Source: Octopus sinensis
Taxonomy: Eukaryota
NCBI RefSeq assembly: GCF_006345805.1
Contig: NC_043009.1
Coordinates: forward strand, 14,198,001 to 14,262,000
Direction of reading: 5' to 3'
Length of the DNA stretch: 64,000 nt
Shown in pieces: positions 11,039 through 24,360 of this stretch (its first letter is position 1; every line of letters starts with the position of its first letter). A program made the translations under genes and the position numbers. Under the pieces are notes generated by a model that was not told the origin of the DNA, searched no databases, and saw only the letters and a program-made list of their open reading frames with translations.

Positions 11039-11505
11039 AAATCCTTTCTACTAAAGGCACAAAGCCTGAGATTTCAGGAGAGGGGCTAGTCGATTACAAC
11101 GACCCCAGTGAAACGCAGGTACTTAATTCATCGACCCCGAAAGGATGAAAGGCAAAGTCGACCTCGGCGGAATTTGAACTCAGAACGCAAAGACAGAGAC
11201 GAAATACCTATTTCTTTACTACCCACAAGGGGCTAAACACAGAGACACAAACAAGGACAGACAAACATATTAAGTCGATTATATTGACCCCAGTGCGCAA
11301 CTGGTACTTATTTAATCGACCCCGAAAGGATGAAAGGCAAAGTCGACCTCGGCGGAATTTGAACTCAGAACGTAGCGGCAGACGAAATACCACTAAGCAT
11401 TTCGCCCGGCGTGCTAACCATTCTACCAGCTCACCGCTCAAAGAAGGATAAATACCGCTATGCATTTTCCCGGCGGGCTAACAATTCTGCCAGTGCGTCG
11501 CCTTA
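11039..11505 (-). mobile_element. Nested SINE family 2 (younger copy inserted into an older copy)
   Basis: The outer head at 11505-11445 ends in GCGGTATTT. An inner copy spans ~11440-11209, and the outer body resumes with GGTATTTCGTC. Confidence 0.75.
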
Positions 11506-11924
11506 CAGCTGCCACGTATAAGCCACTTTTACTATCATGCACACTGATCCAATTCGCAAAAACATACAACTTCAGTTGTTATATACATGTTGACCTTACA
11601 TATAATTTGTCACGTTAGGGTATATTACATGCAGGAACATACTCCTTAAGAAGAAACTCAATCTCAAAGTTAGTAAAGATCAAAAATGTTCACACACTGA
11701 GTAGAATGTTTAAAATATGAATTGAGGGATTACATGTTGTAGAACCGTATTACTGAAGGAATTACATTTTATAAGAAAGTTTAAAATATCGCTCAAGGCT
11801 TCTGCTATGTATTTCGGTTATGGCTTTTGCTCCAATATATTGTATAGCACGCTAGGGTTTCTGAAAAGAAATGGCTTTTATATATATCCTAGAGAAAACA
11901 TATTAAAGAGAATGAAATACTCAC

Positions 11925-12029
11925 TTTTTGTGTCATTTCCCCAAAAACTGCTGTAAAGTATAGATTAATACCTTTTCTTTTCCCTCTTTTGTTTAAGTGC
12001 ATACATCCAGTTTCCAAATGTTTCTTAAA
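11925..12029 (-). CDS. iGluR-family subunit exon: distal ATD
   Basis: Acceptor tggtttcAG, donor GTGAGT, 105 nt, phase 0/0. Translation FKKHLETGCMHLNKRGKRKGINLYFTAVFGEMTQK resembles the 'GLTG.I.F...G.R....' ATD segment. Confidence 0.85.
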
Positions 12030-12153
12030 CTGAAACCAAAGCAAAAGCAAGTTGTTTTGAAAATACTGAGGAAAACTACAGAAAAAGAGACAGATCGGAA
12101 ACAAATTTGTTTGCAGAGAGCTCGTGTGTACTCATTTCAAATATATACCAAGA

Positions 12154-12195
<42 letters not shown>

Positions 12196-12983
12196 ACACA
12201 CACACACACACTCACACACACACTATATTTGGTCTAACAGACAATTTTAGATGAGTTCATTTATGAACTGTTGGTTGACAACTAAAGACAACTAAAGCTT
12301 CTAAACGTTGATTATAGTTTATTCTTATAATTGTTGTTACACCGGGTTGTGTTAGTAAATGTACAAACATGATTACGTTAGCAAATGTTTGAACAGAAAC
12401 TGCGAGATAATGCGATTTTCGAGTATGGAAAAAAAAGTGTGGGAATTCAGTCTGTAAGCAGGAGAGTAAATATATACAGAAGTTTTAAATGCGTGCTATA
12501 TGACTCTGCATAGTTTCTATGTGAGTCTTAAAGAAGCTTCGTTTTTTACAGATATGATATTTCTCAAGGTCTGACACACTCACGCACGTGCGTACATACT
12601 CGTATTTGGATACGAATAATGATATATAAACTGAAGCGAATGATTGACCGCTTTTTACGTTTTCTTCAATCTTAGTCCTTTGAATGATTTTCTTTGATTG
12701 ACTGAGCACAAAATCCCTTTATTATTAACGGTGAACTGTATCCTGTGACATTGTAACAGTTATACATGTCCTAAAGTAATTAATTAACAACGTGAACGGT
12801 TACTTGCAAGAAATGAAAATTAAAAGTTGATTGCTGTTTCAATTCACAGCGAGCTTACACGATGCTCCTTGGTGCACACCAATCATGCGTACATGATTTT
12901 AATCGATGAAATCCTCATTAAAGGAACAAGAATTACGTCATAGGCTTTAGTTCGTCTGATGGATATTCTGTCAAATTCAGTCA

Positions 12984-13419
12984 TACTCTTTACTCTTTTA
13001 CTCTTTTACTCTTTTACTCTTTTACTTGTTTCAGTCATTTGACTGCGGCCATGCTGGAGCACCGCCTTTAGTCGAGCAACTCGACCCCGGGACTTATTCT
13101 TTTGTAAGCCCAGTACTTATTCTATCGGTCGCTTTTGCCGAACCGCTAAGTAACTGGGACATAAACACACCAGCATCGGTTGTCAAGCAATGCTAGGGGG
13201 ACACACACAGACACACAAACACACACACGCATATATATATATATATATACATATATACGACGGGCTTCTTTCAGTTTCCATCTACCAAATCCACTCACAA
13301 GGCTTTGGTCGGCCCGAGGCTATAGTAGAAAACACTTGCCCAAGGTGCCACGCAGTGGGACTGAACCCAGAACAATGTGGTTGGTAAGCAAGCTACTTAC
13401 CACACAGCCACTCCTGCGC
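12984..13419 (-). mobile_element. tRNA-derived SINE, family 1
   Basis: Near-consensus copy with (TAAAAGAG)n tail. Confidence 0.88.
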
Positions 13420-13751
13420 CATGAGTATTTTAATTGTTCAATCAGCGGTAGTACTTTCTGAGTTTTACGCAAACATATTAAATGGTTCAAGTTGATTCAG
13501 CTAGTCATTATGTGTGAAAAAAACTATATATTCGCATTGGAGGGATACTAAAGTGGACGGGCTTCCATTCAGTTTCCGTTGAAGCACTTCTACTACAGTT
13601 TAGAAACTAAGTTATTGTAGGAGAATCTTACCTACAGCTTTCCACTATGGAGTCGAATGTGAAATCTCTGGTTACAAACGAAATTACTGAATTATTTAGT
13701 CATCTCTGAGCCCAAATTTTTACAGAATTGTGTACATGCATAATCACAAAT

Positions 13752-14056
13752 GTGGAGGCGCAATGGCCTAGTGGTTAGGGCAGCGGACTCGCGGTCGCAG
13801 GATCGCGGTTTCGATTCCCAGACCGGGCGTTGTGAGTGCTTATTGAGCGAAAACACCTAAAAGCTCCACGAGGCTCCGGCAGGGGTTGGTGATCCCTGCT
13901 GTACTCTTTCACCACTCTTTCTCCCACACTTTCTTCTGTTGGCCTGCTCGCTTAGCCAGCGGGGTGGCGTCATTTGAAGGCTAAAACAATGCGAACGCAT
14001 TGTGACTAGCGATGTGTAACTACATCTGATGGTCTGGTCGGTCCCGTGATCTCGTG
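13752..14056 (+). mobile_element. tRNA-derived SINE, family 3, with 12-bp TSD
   Basis: A-box TGGCCTAGTGG, B-box GTTTCGATTCC. TSD ATAATCACAAAT at 13740-13751 and 14057-14068. Confidence 0.85.
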
Positions 14057-14167
14057 ATAATCACAAATAGTGGCATAGAAAACTACAGAATCTGACACGT
14101 TCTCCCCTTCACAGACACAGTTACACTCATATATAATCAATTATAGCATTATCATCTTTAACGTTAC

Positions 14168-14404
14168 CTTCTGTAGTTTCCGTTTAGTTTTCTCCCTCAT
14201 TTCCTCGATGTTAGGATATCGTTTCATCGATATAGATGTGTTCTTCAGCATTTCAACTATATCTGCAACCACTGCTCGGGGATAGTTTTCAGTGTTATTC
14301 AAGGTATCATCACTATGACCCTCTCTTAACGGTAAATAACCGAGAACAGTGAAATTGGTGTTCATGGCCACAAAGGAACGTAGGGTTGAGCTTATATAAC
14401 CGTC
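14168..14404 (-). CDS. iGluR-family subunit exon: ATD
   Basis: Acceptor ttctttctcAG at 14406-14405, donor AAG|GTAACG, 237 nt open frame, phase 0/0. Translation DGYISSTLRSFVAMNTNFTVLGYLPL...YPRAVVADIVEMLK...KLQK shows N.T.f and A...D.V ATD-like motifs. Confidence 0.82.
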
Positions 14405-14545
14405 CTGAGAAAGAAAATAATAACATTCAAGTTATTACATTATAGCAGAAATACATGTAGACATATAGACACATTTTCATACATGCACGCATAAACAGAT
14501 ATATATATATACATATTTAACTTCCACTTACATAAAAAATATATT

Positions 14546-14773
14546 ACTCTTTTACTCTCTCTTTTACTTGTTTCAGTCATTTGACCGTGGCCATGCTGGA
14601 GTACCGCCTTTAGTCGAGCAAATCGACCCTAGGACTTATTCTTTGTAAGCCTAGTACTTATTCTATCGGTCACTTTTGCCGAACCGCTAAGTTACGGGGA
14701 CGTAAACACACCAGCGTCGGTTGTCAAGCGATGTTGGGGAGACAAGCACAGACACACAAACATATATACAAAG

Positions 14774-14810
<37 letters not shown>

Positions 14811-14984
14811 AACATATATACAACGGGCTTCTTTCAGTTTCCGTCTACCAAATCCACTCACAAGGCTTTGGTCGGCCCGAGGCTATAGTAGAAAACACTT
14901 GCCCAAGGTGCCACGTAGTGGGACTGAACCCGGAATTATGTGGTTTGTAAACAAGATGCTTACCGCACAGCCACTCCTACGCCT
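14546..14984 (-). mobile_element. tRNA-derived SINE, family 1
   Basis: Near-consensus copy ~140 nt upstream of the 14404 acceptor. Confidence 0.88.
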
Positions 14985-16642
14985 ATGATATTATTATATT
15001 ATGATATTGTGGAAACTCACAAATTTCACAAATCTTTTCTATGAGTTGTACATAATCGAACTTAGGACGAAGGTGAATCAGTTGCAAAATAAAAATGTAT
15101 TTAAAGAATTCAAAGTGCATTTTGATGGAGAATATGGCATACGTCTTTGGCTGGGTGACTTTTGAGCATACTTTTAGAATTTAAGGAAGGCGTTGGATTG
15201 ATCGTATGAACGGTAGCGAATATGAAATAGTCATTTCCAAAGAAAATTTTTAAAGATATTAAAAATATTAAAAAAAAATCGATGCATTACGAAATAATTA
15301 TTAATGCATTGCTTGCTCTGGCAGATGTGAACTGCAATAAAAACAGCAACATATAATCAACTTTAAAAAACAAATTAAAATTAATATACGTGTGCTGAAG
15401 CTTGAATTTTAAAAGCAATAGCGTGATAGAAGAATGGGAGAAAGAAAAAGAGAGAGAACGAGAAAGGGAGAGAGAGAACGAGAAAGAGAGACTCACGCAC
15501 ATATTGCGTAGAGATTAGACATATGCTGAGCGCTGACTCCATTTCTCGCTTAATTTTAACAAAACGGAAGCATTCGAAACTTACATGCATGTGTTTATGT
15601 TTAAAGGAAACGCATGGAAATGATGAGGCACACCAAAGCATGTATGATAAAGAAGACCTGCATTATAGAAACCCTTAACATCAATTGACGGAAAATTCAA
15701 AAACAAAAGTTAAAGCAAAATAAATTATAATAAAATTATGTTAAATATAACAGATGATAAACAGTATTAATTTATTGACAGTCAAAAAGTTGAAATTCGA
15801 ACGCTTCATATTCGCCTCATAGGGTAGATAAACAGGGAACCTATTCCAAACATCTGGTAAAATGCATTTATTTAGGAGTGCCTATAAAAGCCGGAAGATG
15901 ACAGAATCGTTAGAGCGTCGGGAAAATGCTTTGCGTTGTTTCTTCAGATACTAAACATTCTGAGTTCAAATTCCTCCGCAGCCAACTTTGCCCCTCATCA
16001 GCCGCGTGGTTGATAAAATAAAGAATAGTCAAATACAACGGACGAGTGAGAGAACTACAGTAAGAGCCGTACATGTAAGAGTTTGATTTTCCCAAAATCT
16101 AAGCCGGATTTCTACATGTTTTAAATGTATTTAGAAATATTTGTTAAAAATCCATTTTCCGGAGTAGTTGAACGAATTCTCTTGCAAGTAGAGTTTGTTT
16201 TAAAATGTTTTGTTAATTTGGTATATGTATCATGTAGATCCTGTCTTAAGGAAATGCATGGAGATTTTGTTATTAGTTTGTACTTTTTCACTTGCCATTA
16301 AGGTGTAATATGTTGAGATCTGTACAAATACATGTTGGAAGTTTTCATTTTCCTTCACTTCAGAATGTCTTTTTACATTCATTTACCTTCAACATAATCA
16401 GTTTAATGGCCCCACAAACTAAAAATGCTTCTGGTGATGATCCCATAATAATTTTCGTCCCGTTGGAAAAATGTATAGGTACTAAATCTATGAATTACTG
16501 TACCATATTTATTTTTCACCAATGTTGAATGTTGGGTTAGCCAACTAAAATTCCCTGATTCTACAGTTCTATATTTAAGAGATGAGGAATTATGTACATT
16601 ATTTACATTTGACGGATATTTGTCCTCATCTTGCCTATTGTT

Positions 16643-16688
16643 AACACAACGTTTCGGCTGATATACTCTCCAGCCTTCATTAGGTGTC
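16643..16688 (-). ncRNA. Minimal hammerhead ribozyme motif (core-mutated)
   Basis: GACAC-CTAATGA-A-GGCTG(loop)CAGCC-GAAAC-GTT-GTGTT: stem I GACAC/GTGTT, stem II GGCTG/CAGCC, palindromic AACGTT stem III. G5>A change in the CUGAUGA core. Confidence 0.7.
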
Positions 16689-17422
16689 TTGGGAAAATTT
16701 CGAACCTGGGTTCTCATTCCTAAGGTATTTTCGATGTTATTCTTCTCCTTCTTCTTCTTCTTATTATTATTCAGGTCACTGTTTGGAATCGAACTCAGAA
16801 TCTTGGGGTTAGTAGCCCGGCTCTCAACCACTACACCACATGCACGTGGGAAATTTTGGAGTGAATTTTGGGGGTTATAAATCTAATATTTTCCTATCCT
16901 TCCTTAATACCGGTTCCCATATGCTGCTCATAACTGCACTCGGTCTGCTTAGGAGGTTGTTGTGTCCTAGCATATGTGCTGCTTCTTTTAGTTTTCGTAT
17001 TTTCCAGTGGTGTTCTCTATCTATTATTTTAACTTCATCCTACAGGATGGGGGGGATCTCCATTTTTCCACACATGATCAGCTCTACCCGATTTATCAAT
17101 ATCTCCTCGTATCACAGATTTGCGTTGTTCCTCTACCCTTATTTTGAGGGGGCGGCGTGTTTCGCCTTTGCATAACCTGAGTACACGCTGTCTTTGGTCA
17201 CATTCTCTTCTATTGGTGCTTTTAATAGAAGATATCGGCGAAGTGTTGCATTAATTTTGAATACTGTGCTGATGTCATATGGGCCGCATATCTTTTGTAT
17301 CTTTTCAGAGAGGCCTTCTATATATGTGAAAGGCCTCTCCTGAAAGATACATATGGCGTAGTGGTTAAGAGCGCGGGTTAATAACCCCAAGATTCGAGTT
17401 CGATTCCAAGCAGTGACCTGAA

Positions 17423-17464
<42 letters not shown>

Positions 17465-17651
17465 AACAACTACTACAACTACTACTACTACTACTACTAC
17501 TATACTACTACTACTACTACTACTACTACAACAACTACTACAACTACTACTACTACTACTACTAATAATAATAATATTAATAATAATAACAACAACAACA
17601 ACATCGAAAAAATACCTTAAGAATGAGAACCCAGGTTCGAAATTTTCCCAA

Positions 17652-17697
17652 GACACCGGATGATGGCTGGAAGATATGTTAGCCGAAACGTTGTGCT
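17652..17697 (+). ncRNA. Minimal hammerhead ribozyme motif (core-mutated)
   Basis: GACAC-CGGATGA-T-GGCTG(loop)TAGCC-GAAAC-GTT-GTGCT is an inverted copy of 16643-16688, with a U4>G change. Confidence 0.65.
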
Positions 17698-17883
17698 AAC
17701 AATAAACAAATATCCGTCAAATGTAAATAATGTCTCTGGTTCTAATTTTAAATAAGTTTCTAGCTCTCATAGTGCATCTATGCAATTGTTCTGCTCCGAG
17801 TCTTTATAATTGGGTACGACTGTTTGGAAGGTAGCTTCATCTACAGCTACATACACACTTACATACATACCTACCTACATACA

Positions 17884-17917
<34 letters not shown>

Positions 17918-19381
17918 CATACATACATACATACATACACACATACACACACACACACACACTCACACATACACACGCACACACACATACACACACATGT
18001 ATTCTATAATTAAAAACATAATTATAATTAGGGGTCAGCTGTAGTTGATTCACCACGCACCGATTTTAGAAATACGAGTTAAAATTCCTTTTCTGCTACC
18101 ATAAAGATCTCCCAGATAGTAACACACTCTTTTACGAGGGCAAAAAGAAAAACTAATGAATCCACACGACTCAGATTAGCTACATACGCGTTTCGGGATT
18201 AAAGTAAACTTGTATTTACTTACTTGTTTCGCCTCATCAGTGCAGAAGTTCAAATATAAATTTGAGAGTGCTAGGATTAAATATGTACGCGATCGAGAGT
18301 CATCGCATAACTGATATTCAACCAACACTTCCAAAAATATACAAAATATATGTGTGAACACATATTTATCCTTAATAGCCACGTGTATGACACGAGCAGG
18401 CCCGCATATATATGTGTGTGTGTGTTTTCAGGAATTTATCTGTGTTTGTCTATCTGTCAGTCTGTTTAACAATCAGTCTATCATTCTGAATATAACTAGT
18501 ATGTTAAATATCACACGACAAAAAATATTTCAGCTATTCCAATGATATACCCTTGCAGGAAGTAAACAAATACCTCATGTTACTTTACCCTTTTAATTCA
18601 AATCAGAAATTAAGACAACGGCAAGAACAAAGTTTCTCTTGAATTGGCATGCCATTGAAAACAAAAACAAAAACAAAAAAAGCCCCCCCCCCCCCCAAAA
18701 AAAACACGACAAAAAACCCCATCTCTGAATGTTGAGAGGTAAAGGTACAACTGCAAAAATAATTTTTCTCCCTCCATAGACATCATTATCAGGATAGTTC
18801 TCCAACCTTCAGGCGTGTGGCGTAGCTATGTGCAAAAAGAGGAAACAATATTCATGGCCTACTTTCATTAACGTAATTTATACAAAAACGAGTTGAGGGA
18901 AATAACGGAGAATGGTTATTGGTATGAAGATGGACAACAAATATGAATTAAATATATTTAATTAAAAACCATATAAGACAAATATTTGATTTATTAGTTT
19001 ATCGAAATTATCTTTCATCAATAGAAAATTAAACAAATGCCAAGTTATGAATAAATAAGTATATGTATATATGTGTGTATGTGTACTATGTTGCTATAGC
19101 TGCCATTTTCTCATTTGTATTTCTATATGTAAGTATGTCAGTGTTGTGCGTATACACACACAGATACACACACACGTATATATAATTACAAGCACACTTA
19201 TGTGTTTTTATGTAGAAGAAAATTGCAATTGAAACAAAATTTCATTTTTATATATATTTTTAATAGATACAGACATATATGCACATACATACATATTCAT
19301 ATATCTATCCATATACATATATATTTATACATATGTAGATGACTGTATGCGTATATTTGTTTACATATATTTATACACATA

Positions 19382-19417
<36 letters not shown>

Positions 19418-19423
19418 CATGCT

Positions 19424-19466
<43 letters not shown>

Positions 19467-20332
19467 TATATATATAATATATATATATATGTATATAAAC
19501 ACACAGATACACATATATATACACACATACAAATTCCCATCACCCAAATACATAAATGTGTATATTTGTGCTTATATTTAGAAAATTGCAATTCAAATGA
19601 AATATGTCATTTGACTATATATTTGTTTTTAGCGTAGAAAAAAATTATTATTAATCGAACTCTATTTAACGTAAGAAATCATTAATTACATAATTTGATT
19701 TTTACACACATTCGCACCCGCACACATACCACCCTACTCCCCACACCTGCAAGCACACATTTGCAGTCTAGAAAATCCGCCTTCCAGTGTCTTCAATAGA
19801 ATGTATTTCCTTTCTCTTTTCTCGCATATTTTCAAGCTTCTTCCCATTGCCAATTTCGTTAACAATCACGTTTCCTCCAGCATAAAGCAATGTTTATTCT
19901 GCCTTAAATGTCGATATTTTCACAGTCTCAAAAGCCAGATTCTGTGTAATTTTCTATCTAGGTTCGTCTTTTTTATATTTGCTTTCATTTCCTAAAAATA
20001 ATTATTCTTTATATTTTCCAACTTTCTTATATTACTTTGAAGTCAATCTTTAACACGTACCATTCTAATTTCAATAGTCATTTTATATGTCTAAAAGATA
20101 AATTCTCAGCAAATCAATTCTAGTTATTTAATTTAGAAAATATTGATTCTTTTAGGCTCTCTTTAGGCAGTAAAATGAAGTTTTCGGTACAAGAAGAATT
20201 GTTTTCCTTATATTTCTTCTTCTTCCGCTTTTGAAACAAATTCAAATAAATTAACACAGCTACACGATAATACATGTCCACCCACATATACACACATATG
20301 CGCACATGCATATATACACATATATATATACA

Positions 20333-20423
<91 letters not shown>

Positions 20424-21050
20424 TCATTTTTAATCAATGGTATATTCCATAACTGATCTCCATCTTACAATAAGCTATCGTTGAAGCGTTGTGAAAATTA
20501 TTGTGAGAGAGTTTGAGCAATTATACACGCATGAAATCTAGAGTAACGATGGAGGGAATAATCGACTGAGCACACCATCAAGTAATTTCTGCCGCATATG
20601 TTGAGTTCTCTTCGCTTCTGTGCACAAACATGGATGGACTTTGCCTAGTCATCCCCTCGGAGTTGATAAAATAAGTACCATTTGAGTTACTGGGATCGAT
20701 GTAATCGACTAGCCCAGTCACTACAATTTCAGGCCATGTACCTATAGTAGAAAGGACGATTTTAAAAATTATTTTAATGCTTTTAGTCATAGAACAAATA
20801 GAACAATAGAGTGCTTGATTGGGTTATAGAGTACTTTGACTTACAGAAAAATGCACATTGTGCACAGGACATCCCCAACGAGTGTAAAATGCGTAAACAC
20901 ACGAGAGAAAAGTACAGGACAAAATACTGTACTTTAGTCCTGTACTTTTCGAAGATAACTCCTTATCATTTGTCAGATTGTTTATTACCCCTATTTCGTG
21001 CTTTTACCGACATTATAGGGAAATTTCATAAGGCAGCAACTCCCAGAAAT

Positions 21051-21455
21051 TTTTAAAATATAAAATTCATGGAGAGTTAGAACTTCGAACAAACAAACAA
21101 GAGAGGACGTGCAGAAAAACAATCGGTGAAACCAAACATTAAGGGCCGTTAGGTCTGATAGAAATTTTTTCAAAGCAATAGAATAATTAGAGAAGAAAAT
21201 AGTAGAATAGAATAAATAGAAGAGAAGAAATTAGCAGAAGAAAAAATATAGAAGAAAAAATGCCGGGAGCCGAGAAAAATGACAGCTAAAGGGGCAATAG
21301 AGAGAAAAGTATAGGAGAAATTACCAAAAGTAGATAAGTCCTCATCGGTTATTTTAAAAATATAAAATTCATGGAGAGTTAAAGCTTCGAACAAACAATA
21401 AAAAAGTGGATGGATAGAGTAAAACACGACGAGGACAAACATTAAGGGCCGTTAG
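21051..21455. repeat. Diverged ~100-bp direct repeat pair
   Basis: TATAAAATTCATGGAGAGTTA..CTTCGAACAAACAA...CAAACATTAAGGGCCGTTAGG occurs at ~21051-21153 and ~21352-21455. Confidence 0.75.
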
Positions 21456-22199
21456 GCAAAGATGAATTGTGATGACTTACGCCTCGATGCAGCTGTCTTA
21501 TGAAGTTTCCTTATATTCCTCTGGATTCTTGATTTTATTTTGGATTTACCTTCTTCGCACTTTTACAGTTTGCTTTAACTCGCTATTTATGAAACATGTC
21601 TTAACCTTTCTGTTGCAGGTGTACCAATGATACATAATCCTTTAATTTATGATCATGTAGTCTTAGTCTCCTTATTTATATACCTGTTATAGTTTATCAA
21701 TTTATAAACCCAGATTACTAGTTCTGACTATTTCTGTTAACTGTTTTGTAGTTATATGAGTTACTGGAAATTAAGTTGACAGATACTGATACTTCTCTTA
21801 GTAAAAACATAAGTGCATTTTGGCTCACATAGATTGCAAAAATATAGCAGTAAACGCCAAAAGTTTGGCACTGAACATAAAGAGCTTGTGGGGCATCACA
21901 TTTCATTATTGGATATCAAGGGTAAACGGTAGGCTTAAGGTTGATAGCAAAGAATAGGTGACCAAATTTTGTATAAATGTCACACTGACTAAATTCCAGA
22001 CTCTTTCTGTCATTTTCTATTTTTCTTTGGTTGTAGATTTATTTCGCCTCTCAAGAAGATATCATTGTACGGGTATCACTCAACATATTTTCATCTATTG
22101 ATAAAATTGAAGTATGAATCCCAGCAAATGTACGTCTGAAACATCTGTAGGCTTTTCATACATAAATAAATGTATGTAACCCATTATTTCTGTCTATTA

Positions 22200-22205
22200 T
22201 ACACA

Positions 22206-22248
<43 letters not shown>

Positions 22249-22259
22249 CACACACACAC

Positions 22260-22294
<35 letters not shown>

Positions 22295-22316
22295 TACACA
22301 CACTTACACACACACA

Positions 22317-22364
<48 letters not shown>

Positions 22365-22691
22365 GTATATATATGTCTGCATATATGTATATAATACATA
22401 TATACACATATACATATATGCTACGCCGTAGCACATCAACAAATAGATTCAAATCTATTGGCATATAAATCACTCTATTGGCATATAAATAATTGTGAAA
22501 TATCGTTATCTATCATTCGCAGTTATTTTGAAGCGATTTGTCTCGTCAGGTCAGTGACACCCAGGCGTTCTTTCACACTCGGTGAGTGTAGGGACCTTTC
22601 CCAGGAGTTTATTCTTTCGCAAATTCAGCATATAAACAAAATACATAGACTAAGTATATGCGATCATACACACACAAACACATATGTACAC

Positions 22692-22722
<31 letters not shown>

Positions 22723-22882
22723 TGTATGCATGCATGCATGTATGTATGTATGTATGTATGTATGTATGTATGTATGTATGTATGTATGTATGTATGTATG
22801 TATGTATGTATGCATGCATGTATGTATGTATGTATGTATGTATGTATGTATGTATCTATCTATCTATCTATCTATCCATCTA

Positions 22883-22940
<58 letters not shown>

Positions 22941-22954
22941 CATCTATCTGTCTG

Positions 22955-22992
<38 letters not shown>

Positions 22993-23002
22993 CATCTATC
23001 TG

Positions 23003-23034
<32 letters not shown>

Positions 23035-23637
23035 CCGGAAACGATATCATATTCAGGTTAAGAAAGAATATCTAGCTAATTAGAGGTATCTATGTGGTCA
23101 TCGCATACCTATGGCATGTCTCAGAATTGAGATGTCCACAAAAGTTTTGTCACACACACACATACATACACACTCACACGTACGCGCGCGCATACACACA
23201 CAAAAATACACACGCGTGTGTGTATGTGCGTGTATATACGCACATATATACATACCAATATATTCGTATGTACGTATATGTAGCTGTTTACTAAAAAAAT
23301 TGAAACAGAGAACTCCGAACAACTATACAGAATTTTAAAATTTTGTTTTCAAAATTTTGTCAACGTTCACAAAAAGGAAAGAGATTAATAACAACTGCGC
23401 AAACTATTGTCGGAGAATCTGACAGCTGTAATAAAAAACTATAGTTAATACAGCTTTAGAATATCATTCTCCATTTTGTCTTTTCTATTTCTCTTTCTCT
23501 CTGTAAATACATACATATATACATATCTATCTATCTATCTATCTTTCTCTCTCTCTCTCTGTCTCTCTATCTCTCTCTCTGTCTCTCTATCTCTCTCTCT
23601 GTCTCTCTCTGTCTCTCTCTCTCTGTCTCTCTATCTC

Positions 23638-23722
<85 letters not shown>
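22200..23722. repeat. Compound microsatellite zone (CA, TA, TATG, TATC, TC)
   Basis: Directly visible; explains the low-complexity ORFs in the track. Confidence 0.95.
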
Positions 23723-23725
<3 letters not shown>

Positions 23726-24278
23726 TCGGATGCCGAGGTGGAAATCCACACCACTATCTCTTCGGTTATCTGGCCATCTGAAGGACGCTATGAAAAATAT
23801 ATATATTGTTGTATCAATATATATAACATATTATTAGTCAATTCGTCAAATATCTAAATCAATTGTTTGTTTAATTTGGTTAAAGAATAAGTCGCTTGTT
23901 TTATTTTTGTTTGTTTTCTTGTCAAAGATCTCTCGTTACTATTTGCATCCTTTTCATAAAGAATCATACAAACCAGATAGAAAAACGAACTCAAAAGACA
24001 AATATATAGATATTGAGCTTCAGTACCTATGTGTGATGACTAGGTCTTATAAGTAGATTTGGTAGAAGGAAACTGTGAGGTTGTGATTGTCCCCAGAGCT
24101 GCTTGACAACCGGTGTTGGCTTGTCTACCTCCCTGTAAAGAAGCGGTTCGGCAAACAACACCGATTTAATAATTTACCAGACTTGAAAAGATAATTACTT
24201 GGGGTGATGGGGCAATATATTGGACTAAATCCGTGGTGGTGGTGCCCTAGCATAGCCGTAGTCCAATGATTTGAACAA

Positions 24279-24349
<71 letters not shown>

Positions 24350-24360
<11 letters not shown>

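Larger units (their letters stand above)
16561..17733 (-). mobile_element. Truncated Penelope-like element: GIY-YIG remnant flanked by inverted terminal repeats
   Basis: Minus-strand peptides PFTYIEGLSEKIQKICGPYDISTVFKINATLRRYLL and EVKIIDREHHWKIRKLKEAAHM are typical of the Penelope linker/GIY-YIG region. 16561-16843 (-) and 17348-17733 (+) are inverted copies of one repeat. Confidence 0.8.

Noticed and set aside
16100-16560. Possible decayed YqaJ-like nuclease peptide (IMGSSPEAFLVCG) on the minus strand
   Set aside because: Only a vague motif resemblance across frameshifts; cannot be supported without a profile search.
18221-18330. Candidate exon (GTAAGT donor) or hammerhead CTGATGAGGCGAAACAAGTA
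   Set aside because: Weak AAG acceptor and no iGluR similarity. As a ribozyme it has no real stem II and a mismatched stem I.
22458-23083. 205-aa and overlapping YVCM/YLSI ORFs (and similar ORFs at 17810, 19297, 37118, 48711, 55029, 56900)
   Set aside because: Translations of (TATG)n, (TATC)n, (TA)n and (CA)n microsatellites.
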